From Vicugna vicugna (Eukaryota), in assembly GCA_013265495.1 (NCBI GenBank), contig MU058065.1, positions 8,597,819 through 8,661,818 on the forward strand: a stretch of 64,000 bases of DNA, written 5' to 3'. Position 1 is the stretch's first letter; every line of letters starts with the position of its first letter. Positions 27,011-39,576 of this stretch are shown in pieces. A model generated the notes under the pieces. It was not told the origin of the DNA. It did not search any database and saw only the letters and a program-made list of their open reading frames with translations. A program made the position numbers and the translations under genes.

Positions 27011-27788
27011 CCCATAAAATAGGCACATGATACGGCTGTACATCCCTAGCTAGACCTGTGTATGGATGAGCACCCCTTTAATAGCCACATGATATGGATG
27101 CACTTCACCTCCACCCACAGGCCTGTGTTTGGAGGGGTACCCGTTCTCACAGACACATGATAAGGGTGCACTTCATCTCCATCCCATCTTGTAAACACAT
27201 GACATGGGGTGCGTCTCCACCCTCAGGCCTGGGGATGGAGGGGTACCTCGTCTTGGCATTATTAAAGGTTCTGAGAAGGCCTGCAGTACATTCATTTACT
27301 CTTGTATCAATCTTAGTTGACCTTAGTATCCCTTTATCCACTAACACTGATTAGCTTCCTGTGGACTATTTTGGGAAAGACTGGTCCAGCATATCTCAGG
27401 TCTCTCCCAGCACTTACACTGATAACACGTAGGAAGAGCAACGTAGTCTTTTGACACGGCTCTGGAGATCAAGGGAGCAAATTTTAATGTCCCGGAGTTG
27501 ACAAGGCACCTGTTTATATTAATTGGCCCCTTGAAGATCAATATGATTCCCTTGTTCCTATAAAAGCCTTCACTCAGGGAAAGTGGTAATGACCATCACA
27601 GAATCTTGGTGGCCACCTACAGTACAATTAGAACTGGTCAAGAAGGGCCAGCTACCCTCAACATAGTTTAGTTTTCCTTTCCAGTGTAACGTGCTTTTCT
27701 CCACAGCAAATGCTTTTGCCACTGTTCCCTAGAACAGTTCTGCTGCCTTTAACAGGGTCGCTTCCCCACTTCCTTGTCCAGAATGAAG

Positions 27789-27930
27789 TCAGTGTGCAGG
27801 CAGGCTGTCAGGAGTCCTCGGGTTAAAGAGCTGCTCTTCCAGGAAGGCACCTCCGAAGCCATACTGTTCTTCATGCAGACTGATTTCTTCCGGTGACAAG
27901 TGGCTTCCTCCAAGAACAAAGTCTGCAAAC
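27789..27930 (-). CDS. NEMP2: Nuclear envelope integral membrane protein 2, exon 9 (last coding exon)
   Basis: 142 nt encoding (K)[46 protein letters not shown] then TGA. AG acceptor at 27931-27932. Confidence 0.94.
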
Positions 27931-28642
27931 CTAGGTTTTTTTGTTTTAAATAGTTAACGTTATCACAGAAAGGTTTATTTTGAAGATAACATGTTCCCTT
28001 GATACTTATCCCCTTAAATTAAACGTGACTTTGCATCAGTGGAGGATGGCATTTACACAGCGGGCGTGAAAACAGGAATGGCTTATGTATCCTCCTCGAG
28101 ATGCTCAGGGAAAGGCAGACTCAGAAGCATCGGTGCTGCCAAAAAGACCGCTCCTGTTTTCTAATCCCGTCTCTCTCCCTTTCTTAATAAACATATTATT
28201 TATTCATTATTTGGTGTCAACACTTCCCCTTCAGCCTCCAATCTGAGGGCACTGTCGTTGGGAGAAAGCTATGAAGAAGGGAAAGCACTAAGGAAAAGAT
28301 GTCGGGGCGGAGATGTCTTTCTTGGTCAACTTTACAAATGACTGTCCGCACCCTCAGAATGAGAAACAAGTGACACATCCCATTCCACCTCTTCCCTTCT
28401 CCTATGAGCTGTCTGGATGGCCTGCCCTATAAAACACATCGGGTCAACACCGATTCTGACACCGGTAGGTTGTACAGTGCAAGTCGGAGCACGGAGGGAA
28501 AAGAACATCCGACAGCTTCCACATCGTCTGTCATGCAGGGAAGTCGGCTGTTTCTAGCTTGAGGCATCTGAACCAAAGCGCTGCATTATTTTCACAATAA
28601 ATCCAACGCAAGCTGTAGTCTGGGCAGCTGAGTGGGGCTTAC

Positions 28643-28819
28643 TTTTTGGGCGCCTGGAGCCTGGAGACAGCCAGCCAGGACGGAAAGCCGGGGCTGCGGC
28701 AGGCCTGGCGCAGCTCCTCCAGGGCGCGGGTGGTCGCAGCATCCGCTTGTTCCCTGTATTCGTCTTCAGTGAGGTACTTAACCACCGGCTTTTTCGATGT
28801 AAACCATGTCTTCACTTTC
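28643..28819 (-). CDS. NEMP2: NEMP2 exon 8
   Basis: 177 nt, ttttag / gtaagc. Encodes (R)KVKTWFTSKKPVVKYLTEDEYREQADAATTRALEELRQACRSPGFPSWLAVSRLQAPK, the conserved NEMP C-terminal region. Confidence 0.94.
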
Positions 28820-29350
28820 CTAAAACACGCAGCATTTAATTGCTAGATTCCATATTTGGTTACTCAATTCAATCCTTAAGATTTATAAAAGTATATTTCT
28901 TAGTGACAGTAATAACTCTTAACTTCCTCTACATCATACTATGCTGCATTATTGCTATCATGACTGGGGTTTATAGAACTTGCTGTTTGGGCCTAATAAT
29001 ACCTTTCTCCTCCTCCTGGACCATCCTAAATAATGTTCTAAGGCATCTGAGGATCAATTTCTGATAAAGATATTAATTGTATTTTTCTTCCTCGGTGATT
29101 TCAAATCACACAAACAGACAATTAAAGGTCTGGCTTCTTTATGCTTGCCTGGATTTCCTTGGGCACTAAAGAAGCAAGCCTTTGAGATGTCCTTTTACGG
29201 AGACCCAGAAGCATCATTTGCCACTTAGTCTCAACACAGAAGACAGAAACATTTGTGGGACAGTGCCTCCACCTAGTGGTGGTGATTCTCACTAATCCTA
29301 GAGAGGGACCAACACTGGACAAAAAGTTGTGTATTAAAAACAATTCTCGT

Positions 29351-29500
29351 GGGGAGGGTACAGCTAAGTGGTAGAATGTCTGCTTAGCATGCACAAGGTC
29401 CTGGGTTCAATCCCCAGTACCTCCATCAGATAAATCAAACAAACTTAATTACCTTCCCCACCAAAAAATAAATAAATAAAATTTTAAAAAAGAAAAAAAC
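29351..29500 (+). mobile_element. tRNA-derived SINE (Vic-1 type) with TSD
   Basis: ggggagggtacagctaagtggtagaatg (A box), gggttcaatcccc (B box), A-rich tail, and TSD aacaattct at 29339 and 29504. Confidence 0.88.
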
Positions 29501-29899
29501 CCCAACAATTCTTTGCTACATGGTGAGGGGCTCATGACTGGAATTTTTTTCCAACCAGGAAAGTCCTAAAGGAGAGAATCTCATAAAAATGGTAATGGTG
29601 ATAAAATTTTTAACATATATGTTATATTTATCAATGAGCTTTTAAAAATGTTTTTGAGTGGCTTAAAATTTAATTTAACCAAAGATTCTCAAATATAAAT
29701 AAATGAGCATCAGAATTACCAAAAGGTGTTTTAACATATTATTTCCTTGAGGTTTGGGACCTGAAAAATCTTTCAATTTTTAGTAACTCTGTGATGGTTG
29801 ATGAGCTGGATTAGGGGCCCACTGACATTATTTCCTTCTCCTTTTCCGAAAACCTAGCCTGGGCCCCCCAGAGGAAAACCCCTGGGCTCTGAGCAGAAG

Positions 29900-30100
29900 A
29901 CTGGGACACAGTCTGGCTCTGAGGTTTACCCACTGTGTGAACTGGGGCAATTCCTTCACAGTTCTGAGCCTCACTCTGCACACAGGGGAAAAAAATGAAA
30001 GTAATAATATCCATCTCAGGAGGTCACTGTACAGATGAAATATCATGTTTTGTGTAAAGTGCTCAGCACAGTGAGTGGCCTATAGTAAGTATGCAGTAAA
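29900..30100 (+). mobile_element. MIR SINE
   Basis: ctgtgtgaactggggcaattccttcacagttctgagcctca...gtaaagtgctcagcacagtgagtggcctatagtaag. Confidence 0.65.
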
Positions 30101-32115
30101 GCTAATCACAAGAGTAGCTACCAAATATTATTAAAATACATTCAAACAGCTCTTTGCAAACTAGAATGTACTATAGAAATCAAAGTATTATTTCTCTGGT
30201 TTATTATTTAACCTGTAAGTTCCTCTTTTATCCCTCAATTCTTCACATAATTATTCACTAGCAAAATGAAAAGTTGAAGTTACAATAATATTTTGATTAT
30301 TCATGTTAACAATACATAGCAAGCGCATAAGGGGATCGTCATGCAGGTGACAGAACACACTCTGCTCCTGGCAGGGCAGTGATGTTTGAAGAGAAAGTGG
30401 AAGGCATTCTCTCTTGGGTTCCTTAGGGCACAAACCTGGCAAAGGACCAGAGGCCTGGAGGATGTGGAGTGGCCAGCCTCCTCCTGGCAGAGGGACCTCT
30501 TGACACAGGGCAGAGAGAAGCAGTCAGCATCAGTGCCTCTGACCCTGCTGCCTTTCAGCCTTGCCACCAGCCTCTGCGTAGGAGCCCTGGTCTCATGCTG
30601 GTGCATGTTTACCCCTGTGACATCACCACATATGCAGCCACCAATTACCAGTCACCGAAGTCTCCTTCTTCACAGCCAAGTCTACCACGTAAATACTTAT
30701 TAACTCCTTCTTCTGGCCTTGAATCTCACTCCTCCAGGCCCCCATCACCTCCTGCCTGGACCACTGTGATGTCTGATGCCTGGCCTCCTGCCCCAGAACC
30801 TCCCCTTACATCTTCCCTCTGTGCCAGAAGACAGATGGGCCCCATCCCACTGCCCGAAGAGTGTTCATGGTCTCTGCTTTGATTTTTGCTTGTTGGATGT
30901 ATTTTTATCTTCAGATTAGTTGCCAACATTAAAAAATCATAAAAATTTACATTCTAACCCATATTCTTAGCTTTTTTAGAAAACCAGAAGGTGTGCAAGG
31001 CTGGCCCATATTCCCACATGGCAACAATCGGCTCAAGTTGAACGGTAACTGACCCCCTTTCGACAGGGCTACATCGTACAACTTCCCACATCCTCACGCT
31101 CGCCCCACCACCTCACCTCTGCTCAGAATCACTCACTCAGTACATGTGAGGGCCCTGAGCATTTGAATTTGTAACCACTGTGCAGGCAGCAGTCAGAGAG
31201 CACTGACTAATGTGCATTAACTGTCAGCTGCCTCCACTGTGCCCAGGATCAGGTCAGATTCCTCAGCACAGCCTGCAATACCTCCACGACCTGGCCGCCG
31301 CCCCCTTGCTCACCTGCCTCCTGATGGTACCAGGCTGGGCTCTCTCCCTGTCAGGAAAGCCCCTCCTATATTTATTCATCTGGCTGTTTTGATTCATTAA
31401 GATTTAGCCCAGTATTATCTCCTCCAGGAACTTTCCTGAACTTTTTCAATGTCACAGTTCCTGGGTGGGCCTACTGAACACTTCAAGGCTATAGAAGTGT
31501 ACACCTACGTCCAAGGACCCCTCACAGGTGGGGACCACCTCTGTCATCTGCGCACCTGACACAAACGCAGGTGCTGAGACTCCGTGACTGAGGACGTGAT
31601 GAAGCCGTGAGAAGAAAAGTTCCCTCATCTTTTTTTCTGTACTTTTAAAAGACTGAACCCTTTTCTTAAAACCTAAGAGAAAGAAAGTCCTCAACATAAA
31701 TAATACCTTTTAACCATTTGTAATCGATTTCTGTTCCCTAACTCTTATCTCAGAAGCACAACAAATACCTCTAAAGCAGTTGTGGGCTCCAAAGAAAGAA
31801 AATGTAGAAAGAAAGCAGAAGTTTTAGGCAACCGAGAGCCCAAGTGATTTTGCCACTGATTTTTGTGAATTCTAGGTGAGCTGTAATTACCCAGCAATTG
31901 GTGGTGCACCTCTGGGAGATTAATGAAGACGAGCACTGGAGGTGGGGTCAGATGCTTAAATTCTCTACCCTCCTCCTCTCTGAGGGAGCATTCCAGATGA
32001 AATGGAGTCAACTCTGAGATTAAATGTGACACGTCCAAAAGATTCCCCCAAAGAATGAATAAAACCAGAGCCCAAAATGTCGCATTTACGAGGGGTAAAA
32101 AAAGATATGCAGTAC

Positions 32116-32338
32116 CTCATGTAGCCGAACGCTTTCAGTGGGTAGCGCAGGTTCCCGGACGACAGGAGAAGGACCATGACCGTACAGGCGAAGCGAGGTG
32201 CGGTGACACCAGCATAGACCAGGAGCAGGGCCAGGAGCCGCAGAGTCCACATCAGGAGATTTCTGCTCCTCTTCTCAACCAAGGGCCCGTGCTTGTAACA
32301 AACAGTAAAGCTGAGACACCCAACTATCAAGATATAGC
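32116..32338 (-). CDS. NEMP2: NEMP2 exon 7
   Basis: 223 nt, ttgcag / gtactg. Encodes (G)YILIVGCLSFTVCYKHGPLVEKRSRNLLMWTLRLLALLLVYAGVTAPRFACTVMVLLLSSGNLRYPLKAFGYM, containing hydrophobic TM segments. Confidence 0.94.
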
Positions 32339-33964
32339 CTGCAAGAGAAGAATGTAAAAGAATATAAATCTGAACTTGAGAAGTTATGTGAAAAACCTGG
32401 CAGAGCCTTGACTTAGAGCTAAGAACATATCAGAAAACCTTCCTTTTTGCTTTCTCTTTCCAATGAAGCAAAGTTGAAAAAATGCATTTAGGGCTAGTTA
32501 TTCCTTCCATGTGAGATGCTAGGCTGACTTTTGTAATAATTAAGGATGTATAATAATAAATTAATATAATACATTATGTATAAATATACCTGTTTTCTAG
32601 CCCCGAGTCCTACAGGGCAAATATTATCACGGTAGCTCTGGTCAGGAAGAAGCCTCGGTGTATGTCACAGTCTGCTATAAAACCTATTTTTAATTTTTAC
32701 TTTCTACTCACAAAAGGAAAATCTAATTTTACAATGAGGGATCAGGCTGTCACTCTTGTAATCCACTGCTCAGTCACAGCATTACTAACAGAGGGACAAT
32801 GAGATATTCTGTGGCGCCTCATGTTGTGATCCAAGGTGAAGTGCAAATCGCCTCTTACACATTCCATCAAAAGTGTTTCATTTGTATCTAATGCAAGCCT
32901 CAAGATCTAATTTCCAGCTTATAGGAAATGGGGTGGGGGGGAGGGGAGGAAACAAGTTTCATCATATCACAAAGGTGTAATCAGAAAAATCCGGAAAGTA
33001 GAACATTGTATAGGACAACTACCTTGGTCTCTGTGATGGGGGAAAAAAAAAAAGAACTGTTACAGATTAAAAGATTTATAGGACACAACAGGCATAAAAT
33101 GTGATTCTGGACTATATGCTACCTTGTACAAACCAACAATTAAGGATGTTTAGGAAATTTAATGGCCTGGATAAGACACGATTTTATGTAATTATTAATT
33201 TTTTAAGATTTAATAGTTATTTAACTATAGAGGAAATGCTTTTGCTTTTTAGAGATGCTTAGTGAAGTACTGAGGGAAACATACCATGAGATCAATAATT
33301 TACTTGGAAAATACCTTGGCATAAAAAGAATAATGGACTAAAAGCATAAAACCTTCAAGTGAAAAAAAAATCGATTGCTTTTGAGTGGGTGGATTTATGT
33401 GAAAGATTTGGCACTAAAAGGTTAGGAGAAAACTGATTCCCCCATTGTCCATTATTCCACAATTAAAACAAACACTTTCAAAAAGTTTTTTTTTAACAAC
33501 ATGAAACAAGAACAACAAGTGGTTTCTTAACAGCCTCTCTGTTTCTGAAAAGTCAAGTTTTCATTAGTCATTTATATTTAGGATTTCCACCTTTCATACT
33601 AAATACACTAAGAAAAAGAAGAGCCACATTTTAGAGAAATTTTTTCATTATAATTTCGGTGTGGTTAGAGCTTAACCACAATTTCAAAGCATATATAGTC
33701 AAAAGGGCAAATAGCAAATTTTTTTGCCCTTTTGATCATTAGTATAGAAAACTAAGAAGTATGTCATGGAGAAATAGTCTAACACGAGATGTAATGAACT
33801 GAAATCACCAACCACGGAAATAAGATAAAATACTATTTTTAGCACTTTTCTCCTTAGTTCAAAATGAAAATTTGGATGGAGAGAAACGTATGTCGAAAGA
33901 AGGCCTCTAGCTGTACTTTTCAGCTGTATTGACAGTAAACTGTATTTTTTTAAACTTTACCTAC

Positions 33965-34079
33965 CTAATATATATATTCTGTTTTCATACCACAGCCACT
34001 TCAGATCTTCCATCAGTTGACACAAAACATAAACTGAAGCAAACCAACAACCAACCATTAGAGCCCAAAAGGTGCTATA
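33965..34079 (-). CDS. NEMP2: NEMP2 exon 6
   Basis: 115 nt, cacacag / gtaggt. Encodes YSTFWALMVGCWFASVYVLCQLMEDLKWLWYENRIYIL. Confidence 0.95.
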
Positions 34080-34224
34080 CTGTGTGTGGAAGAAAATAAA
34101 TGACACAGTTTTTGGTTCATTCACTCTCATAAACATAGAAGTAAACAAATAAACCCTCTGAATCAGAAACTTCTGTATGAAACTGCACTGAAGTCAATTC
34201 AAGACACTCGTCTAGGTCTGATTA

Positions 34225-34375
34225 AAGGCGTGGTCCACACACCAGCAGCTTCGATGCCACCTGCGAGCTGGCTGGAATGCAGATTCTCAGGCCCACTGCA
34301 GACTCCTGACTCAGAACCTGCGTTTCAACAGGACCCCCAGGTGACTTGCATATACATTAGTTGGAGAAGCACTGA
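34225..34375. mobile_element. MER5A-like hAT-Charlie DNA transposon remnant
   Basis: gtggtccacac...aatgcagattctcaggccc...actcagaacctgcgtttcaacaggacccccaggtgac...ttggagaagcactg. Confidence 0.7.
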
Positions 34376-34894
34376 TCTAAAGAACAAATTTATCTCAAAA
34401 TAATGCTGGTGTTGCAAGCTTTCATCAGAGTAACTACAATGTTCATATCATGAATTAACATGTATTTATCTTTGACTACGTGCAGGGCAGTCTTATATTG
34501 AAGGTGTTTTGGGGAACTGATGATAATGAAGAAATCCCCGGATGTAGCAACGCCATTATTCAAGGCCCCAGTGGTTCAGCAGCATGACATTCCTCAGCTA
34601 ATGCCATGATGAGAGAATTGTTTACTCAGTATAGAATTAGCTGCCATTGCTCATAAGAAAAATGCATTACCTAGAAAATAAGAGGTTCTCAAAAAAAGTA
34701 TCACCAAAACTTAATACTTAAGCCTACACATAGTAACAAATGAAAATTAAAATCTTTAGAAAAAGATACATTTTACAGCAAGTTTATAAAATGTAGAAAC
34801 TGGAACTGTCATACATGAATTTAGTCTGATCAGTTTTTCATGGTTATGAGATCATGATTTCCATTTTTTATTCATTTGTACCTAGTATACCTAC

Positions 34895-34988
34895 CTTAGG
34901 AATGAATCTTTTCACCAGTAGCAGGACAAAGACTAATGTCATTAGAATACCTAGCACAGTCCCCGAAGAGTAATAGAAAATAGGGCTT
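34895..34988 (-). CDS. NEMP2: NEMP2 exon 5
   Basis: 94 nt, ttgacag / gtaggt. Encodes (Q)SPIFYYSSGTVLGILMTLVFVLLLVKRFIPK. Confidence 0.95.
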
Positions 34989-36087
34989 CTGTCAAGACAA
35001 GCAGATAAAAGAAATTTAAATGCCAAGTTGCACTCTCAGTATGAAAAACATGTTTAACGTGGTGACAGTAGCCATAAAGAATACTAAGAAGAAAAACTCA
35101 GATGGCAGCTTTAATTATATCCTATACTCTTAAAAAAAAAAAGAAATCTCTACTTTAAATTTATAGTAAATAGCTTGCCACTAATTCAAAACAGTGTCTG
35201 AGTTATCTTCTATGCTTAGAATCTGATCCAATAATACTTACTGGAGCACCTACCACTTGTCTGAGAGCTTTACATGCACTCAAACAGCCCTGTGAATCAG
35301 TTATCCACGTCTACATTTTACACGGGAGGAAACTAAGGCACCAAGAAGTTAAAGACCTTCTCCAAGTCAGTATCTGCTGCCTGGAGGATTCAGGCTTGCA
35401 GCCTAGCTCCTCTAAGTCCAAGCTTTACTCTTCACACTATGTAGACAACAACCAATTTATTAAGACCATGGAGGATATTAAACACCCTTGATTACACTAC
35501 AAGAAAAAGCTCAAAAACGAACAATGTCCAGAATAGCAAGCTAAGATGTAAAATATTACTGGAAAGAAATTCCTTTTTCATGAGAGAAGCTGTAAGACAC
35601 ACAGTATCAGGATAACATGTTTATCCAGAGTCGGACAGTGGTTAAAGTCAACTTTCTGTATCAGAGCCACAAACCGAGGAGGCAGCTCAAATGTAAGAGA
35701 GGAAGGCATCTGGTATCAGAAAACCTGAGTATAAACTTCAGCCCTGGCCAGAACTAGTCATGTGATGACGGATTGGTTTTCTCACCTATGAAATGAGAAC
35801 AGTCACACAGAGCTCACATAATCATTAAGAGAATCAATTCAAATAATATAACACATATTAATAAATAATACAAAATAATGCATGTGAAAGCACCCTGAAC
35901 CATTACAGATTATACTATACAAACAACAGTTACTGGGTTTAAAACCTTTCAAACACTATCTTCAGACTTACTGTTTGGAAAACCTAAAGCAAGAACTACA
36001 AACTAATGTGGAAATATTGAGCAGAGGGTCAAAAATGTCCTACTGTTTTCGATTCACAAAAATAAGAAAGTAAAAATGAATACTTAC

Positions 36088-36160
36088 TGACTCAAGGTCT
36101 TCGCATAAAAGAAGAGGAACATGCCTGCCACAAACACAAGGAAGAGTTTGAAATCCACAA
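36088..36160 (-). CDS. NEMP2: NEMP2 exon 4
   Basis: 73 nt, ctccag / gtaagt. Encodes (I)VDFKLFLVFVAGMFLFFYAKTLS. Confidence 0.95.
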
Positions 36161-36284
36161 CTGGAGTGAAAAAGACACGGGCACATAAGAAAGATTTTGT
36201 GTCAATGTAGCATTAATGAAAGAAAAGTCGATTTACTGAAATGTCACTGCAGAAAAACTGAATCCAGAAAATCAATGGACTTAC

Positions 36285-36516
36285 TGTTTCGAGTCACGCT
36301 CATTGTATAGGTAAATATCTTCCTGGCAGGAGTCACAGAGAAGCACACGGTCTCCCCATATGGATTGATGACTATGGTTATATCATTAGACTCTTTTGGT
36401 GTCCAAAACTTATGAATCATACATTTGATAATAGACAGAATGGTTTCTGGATACTGGCAATTATGTCTTTCTGTGATATAGACAATACTGAGCAGGCCTG
36501 AACTAGTAATTTTCAC
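36285..36516 (-). CDS. NEMP2: NEMP2 exon 3
   Basis: 232 nt, ttgtag / gtaagt. Encodes VKITSSGLLSIVYITERHNCQYPETILSIIKCMIHKFWTPKESNDITIVINPYGETVCFSVTPARKIFTYTMSVTRN. Confidence 0.95.
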
Positions 36517-37299
36517 CTACAAAACAAGAACAAATTCACAAACACGCAACTCAAAACTTCTTACAAGCTTCTTAAAATCATGAGCAGAGGAGTAAAGAGA
36601 GCCTAAGGCTGGTGGAGTAAAGAACACGCAGATGTACATGGGAAAGTTCTGATCCCAGGGATGGACCTAGAGGTCTGTATTTAGTCAACACACACTAGAA
36701 CATAGACCCTTTTGAAAGTGGGTATTTCTTCCCCTGAGTTGTGGCTGATTGAACTCCTTCTAGCAGGTTATTGTGGCCAAAGGACATGTAAAAAAGGATG
36801 GCACAGAAAATAACAGGTGGCAAACTATTTGGTTACAGACATAATGAGAATAGGGTTTACTACCTCTATCATTTCTACTGTGATTGAGAAAAAGCACTTC
36901 TATCCATCCTATGGATCAGCTGAGCATAAATGATTCAGGCTTCTTTCACCATGCCTCCTGAAGGACCGGAACCCAAGCTCAAGGTCCTACCCAAGCCTCA
37001 CAGCAAAGGATCAGCCACAATGCCAAGCAGATGGCGACAGCCCAGAGATCATTAAAGGACAGCTCCGTGGCTGCTTTTGTCTCTATTTCTTTTCTTTGTC
37101 CAAGGTTAGGGCAAGCCTGAAAAGGGGAGTGAGAGCGCCAGCCCTGAGCCTCAGGCATCAGGCGACACCACTATCTGCCCACTGTGCCTCATTTCTCTTG
37201 GACATCAGCCCCTGGCTCAGTGTGGCTCTCTCTCCAATACTACTTCCTGCCCTACGTCTCTGGGACTAAATAGACACAATATACATACCAAACTCCTTC

Positions 37300-38184
37300 C
37301 AATACGCTGTCCTCTTGGTTCCTTGAACTCCCTTCTTATGCTCCTGTCCGCCACCACATCTCAGCTAATCACTCTCACAGCCACACCCTGATTCTTGTTA
37401 GTCCCAAACTCCGGCCCCAGATACTAGCTGCATTTCATGAACCCCACTGATTGAGCACCACCTCTTATCAGTGTGCCCACTCTTGGCACCCCAATCCCAG
37501 CAAGCATTGACCCTACCATGGATCAGGCATCTTGCCCCTGCTCCTTACCCTTGACGTCCTCAGCCACTTGTCTTCCAGCCAAGTGCCCTGATCAGCCATT
37601 GTAGCCATCCCCCTATATATACCCTTAACTGGTCTGTGCCCTTCTTGCTTTATCACATGTAGTTACAAGATCCAACCCTCCACCTATTCCACTTTTGCAT
37701 CTGCACCACCAGCTGTGCTGGAGAAACTCACGGTGGTCTCACTTCAAACCCATGGCTGTGCACCTCAAGTGGGACCTGAGAGCTGCGGGCAATCACACCA
37801 TCGCTCCCATCCAGTCACTCTCCCACTCCCTTTGACAATGACCTCACAGCTTCTTCTTCCCCGCAACCCCAACAGCTCCTGCCCTCCTCACGCCTGGTCG
37901 ATGATCTCTCCTACTTCACTGAGAATGGAAGAATTAGAAGAGAAAGTTGACCAGCTCCTATGCCCCCCTCCACCCTCCTGTCAGGATCTGCGGGCACATG
38001 CTGTTCCAGCCTGCAGGGAAGAAATTCCTGCCACATGCTCCGTTCTGAAGGCAAGCCCCCAGCCTGTGCACTGGATCTGATCCACCTTCGCTACTCAAGG
38101 ACATTAAACCGGTACTTCTTCCCGCTCTAGCAGACCAACCTACCAGCATACAAACATGCTGGGGTTTTCCCATTTAAAGCAAAA

Positions 38185-38220
<36 letters not shown>

Positions 38221-39196
38221 TCTATAGACCCCAATTTCCCCTCCAGCTACCAACCCGTTTCCTTGCTTCTCGTTGCATTAAAATTATTTTTAGGATAGTC
38301 CTAGGAATGTATTGTTTGCCAGCAGGTAAAGAAGTGCTCCTACAATGACAGACACCCGTTAAAGGATACAGGAGCTAGTCTGAAGGGGCTCCGACTGGCC
38401 ACATCTAGGACAATTTGAATAACAAAATAAGCAGTAATGAATTGTAGTCCAGTGAATGAACTGGCAATCCATGAGACCATGTGGCTATAAATAAACTGGG
38501 GAGGTAAAACTCTTCCTTACAGAAAATGCCAATGAATACAGAAGGAATAATGGAACTAGAAAATCAGCGCTTGATCAACATCGTGCTGTTAACCAATTCA
38601 GGCAAGCGTTATCAATGGATACAACTAGGGGGTAGAAGTTTGATGAGGAATAGAATATATATCACATTTTCCCCTCAAAATATTCATTCATTATAGAGGC
38701 TGGAACAGCCATTTTATAGTGGCAGAACTGTCAATTGACAGATACCACCTCAACCAGTGATCAAAATGGTGTGTATTATCCGTAACAGTACAAATCAACA
38801 CCATGAGCCCTCTGATAATTATGCTGTCCCAGCTCTTCCCTCAGCCGAGAACACTCTCCCCAGACACCCTGCTGGGTAACTCACGTCACTGAAATCTTAC
38901 TCAAATGGCACCTTTTCAATGAGAACTGCCCTGACCACTCTCTTTAACACCGCAGCTTGCCCTTACTCCCCTCATTCACCTGTCTTACTTCACATTCTCC
39001 TTTTTCATAGCACTCACTAGTTTTATAATTTCCTTCTCTTTTACATTTATGGCTTAACTCTAGCCCTCATTCCCAAGAGTACAAACATCACAGGAGCAGG
39101 GATTTGCTTTGTTCCCTGATGTATCCTAAGAGCCTAGAAGAGTTCCTGGCCCTTAGTAGGTGTTCAATAAATATTTGTTAAATGTTGAATGAAGGA
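37300..39196 (+). mobile_element. Fragmented L2 LINE interrupted by an old L1M fragment (~38300-38820) and a poly(A) run (~38188-38215)
   Basis: C/T-rich L2-like body and the canonical L2 terminus cctagaagagttcctggcccttagtaggtgttcaataaatatttgttaaatgttgaatgaa. Boundaries are approximate. Confidence 0.55.
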
Positions 39197-39576
39197 AAGT
39201 GCTAGGCTATGGAGAATGACTACTATCTTGGCCATACCTGGGATCAGAAGTAACCAGAATTTCTATATGGAAGGGTTTGAGATAGCAATTATTTTGGAAA
39301 GCAGGCGAGAACATGTTGTCTTGAGCTGTGTCTAAACAGCAAGCATACTGCACTCAGTGCATTTATTTGGAAAGGTTGGAGAAGGGCTTATGAAGTGTGT
39401 GGAGAGTTAATGTCCCTCCCACCCAGCCCTCCCCCTGAACCGCTGTGTGTGATCGCCCGGTCAGCCTCCACACTGATGCATAGCTCTTATCAAACAAAAG
39501 CTGCTTTCTGCTCTTGAAATAGTACATCTTAACTCTCTGTTCTCAAGACATAATTTAAACATAGGCTCTTTCTTAC

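Noticed and set aside
29351..29425. Possible tRNA gene (also 9640-9718 and 60690-60760)
   Set aside because: A/B boxes are present, but the A-rich tail, TSD and multiple degenerate copies indicate SINEs.
33699..33736. 13-bp hairpin tcaaaagggcaaa...tttgcccttttga
   Set aside because: Too short and low-complexity to support an RNA gene, and plausible by chance in 64 kb.
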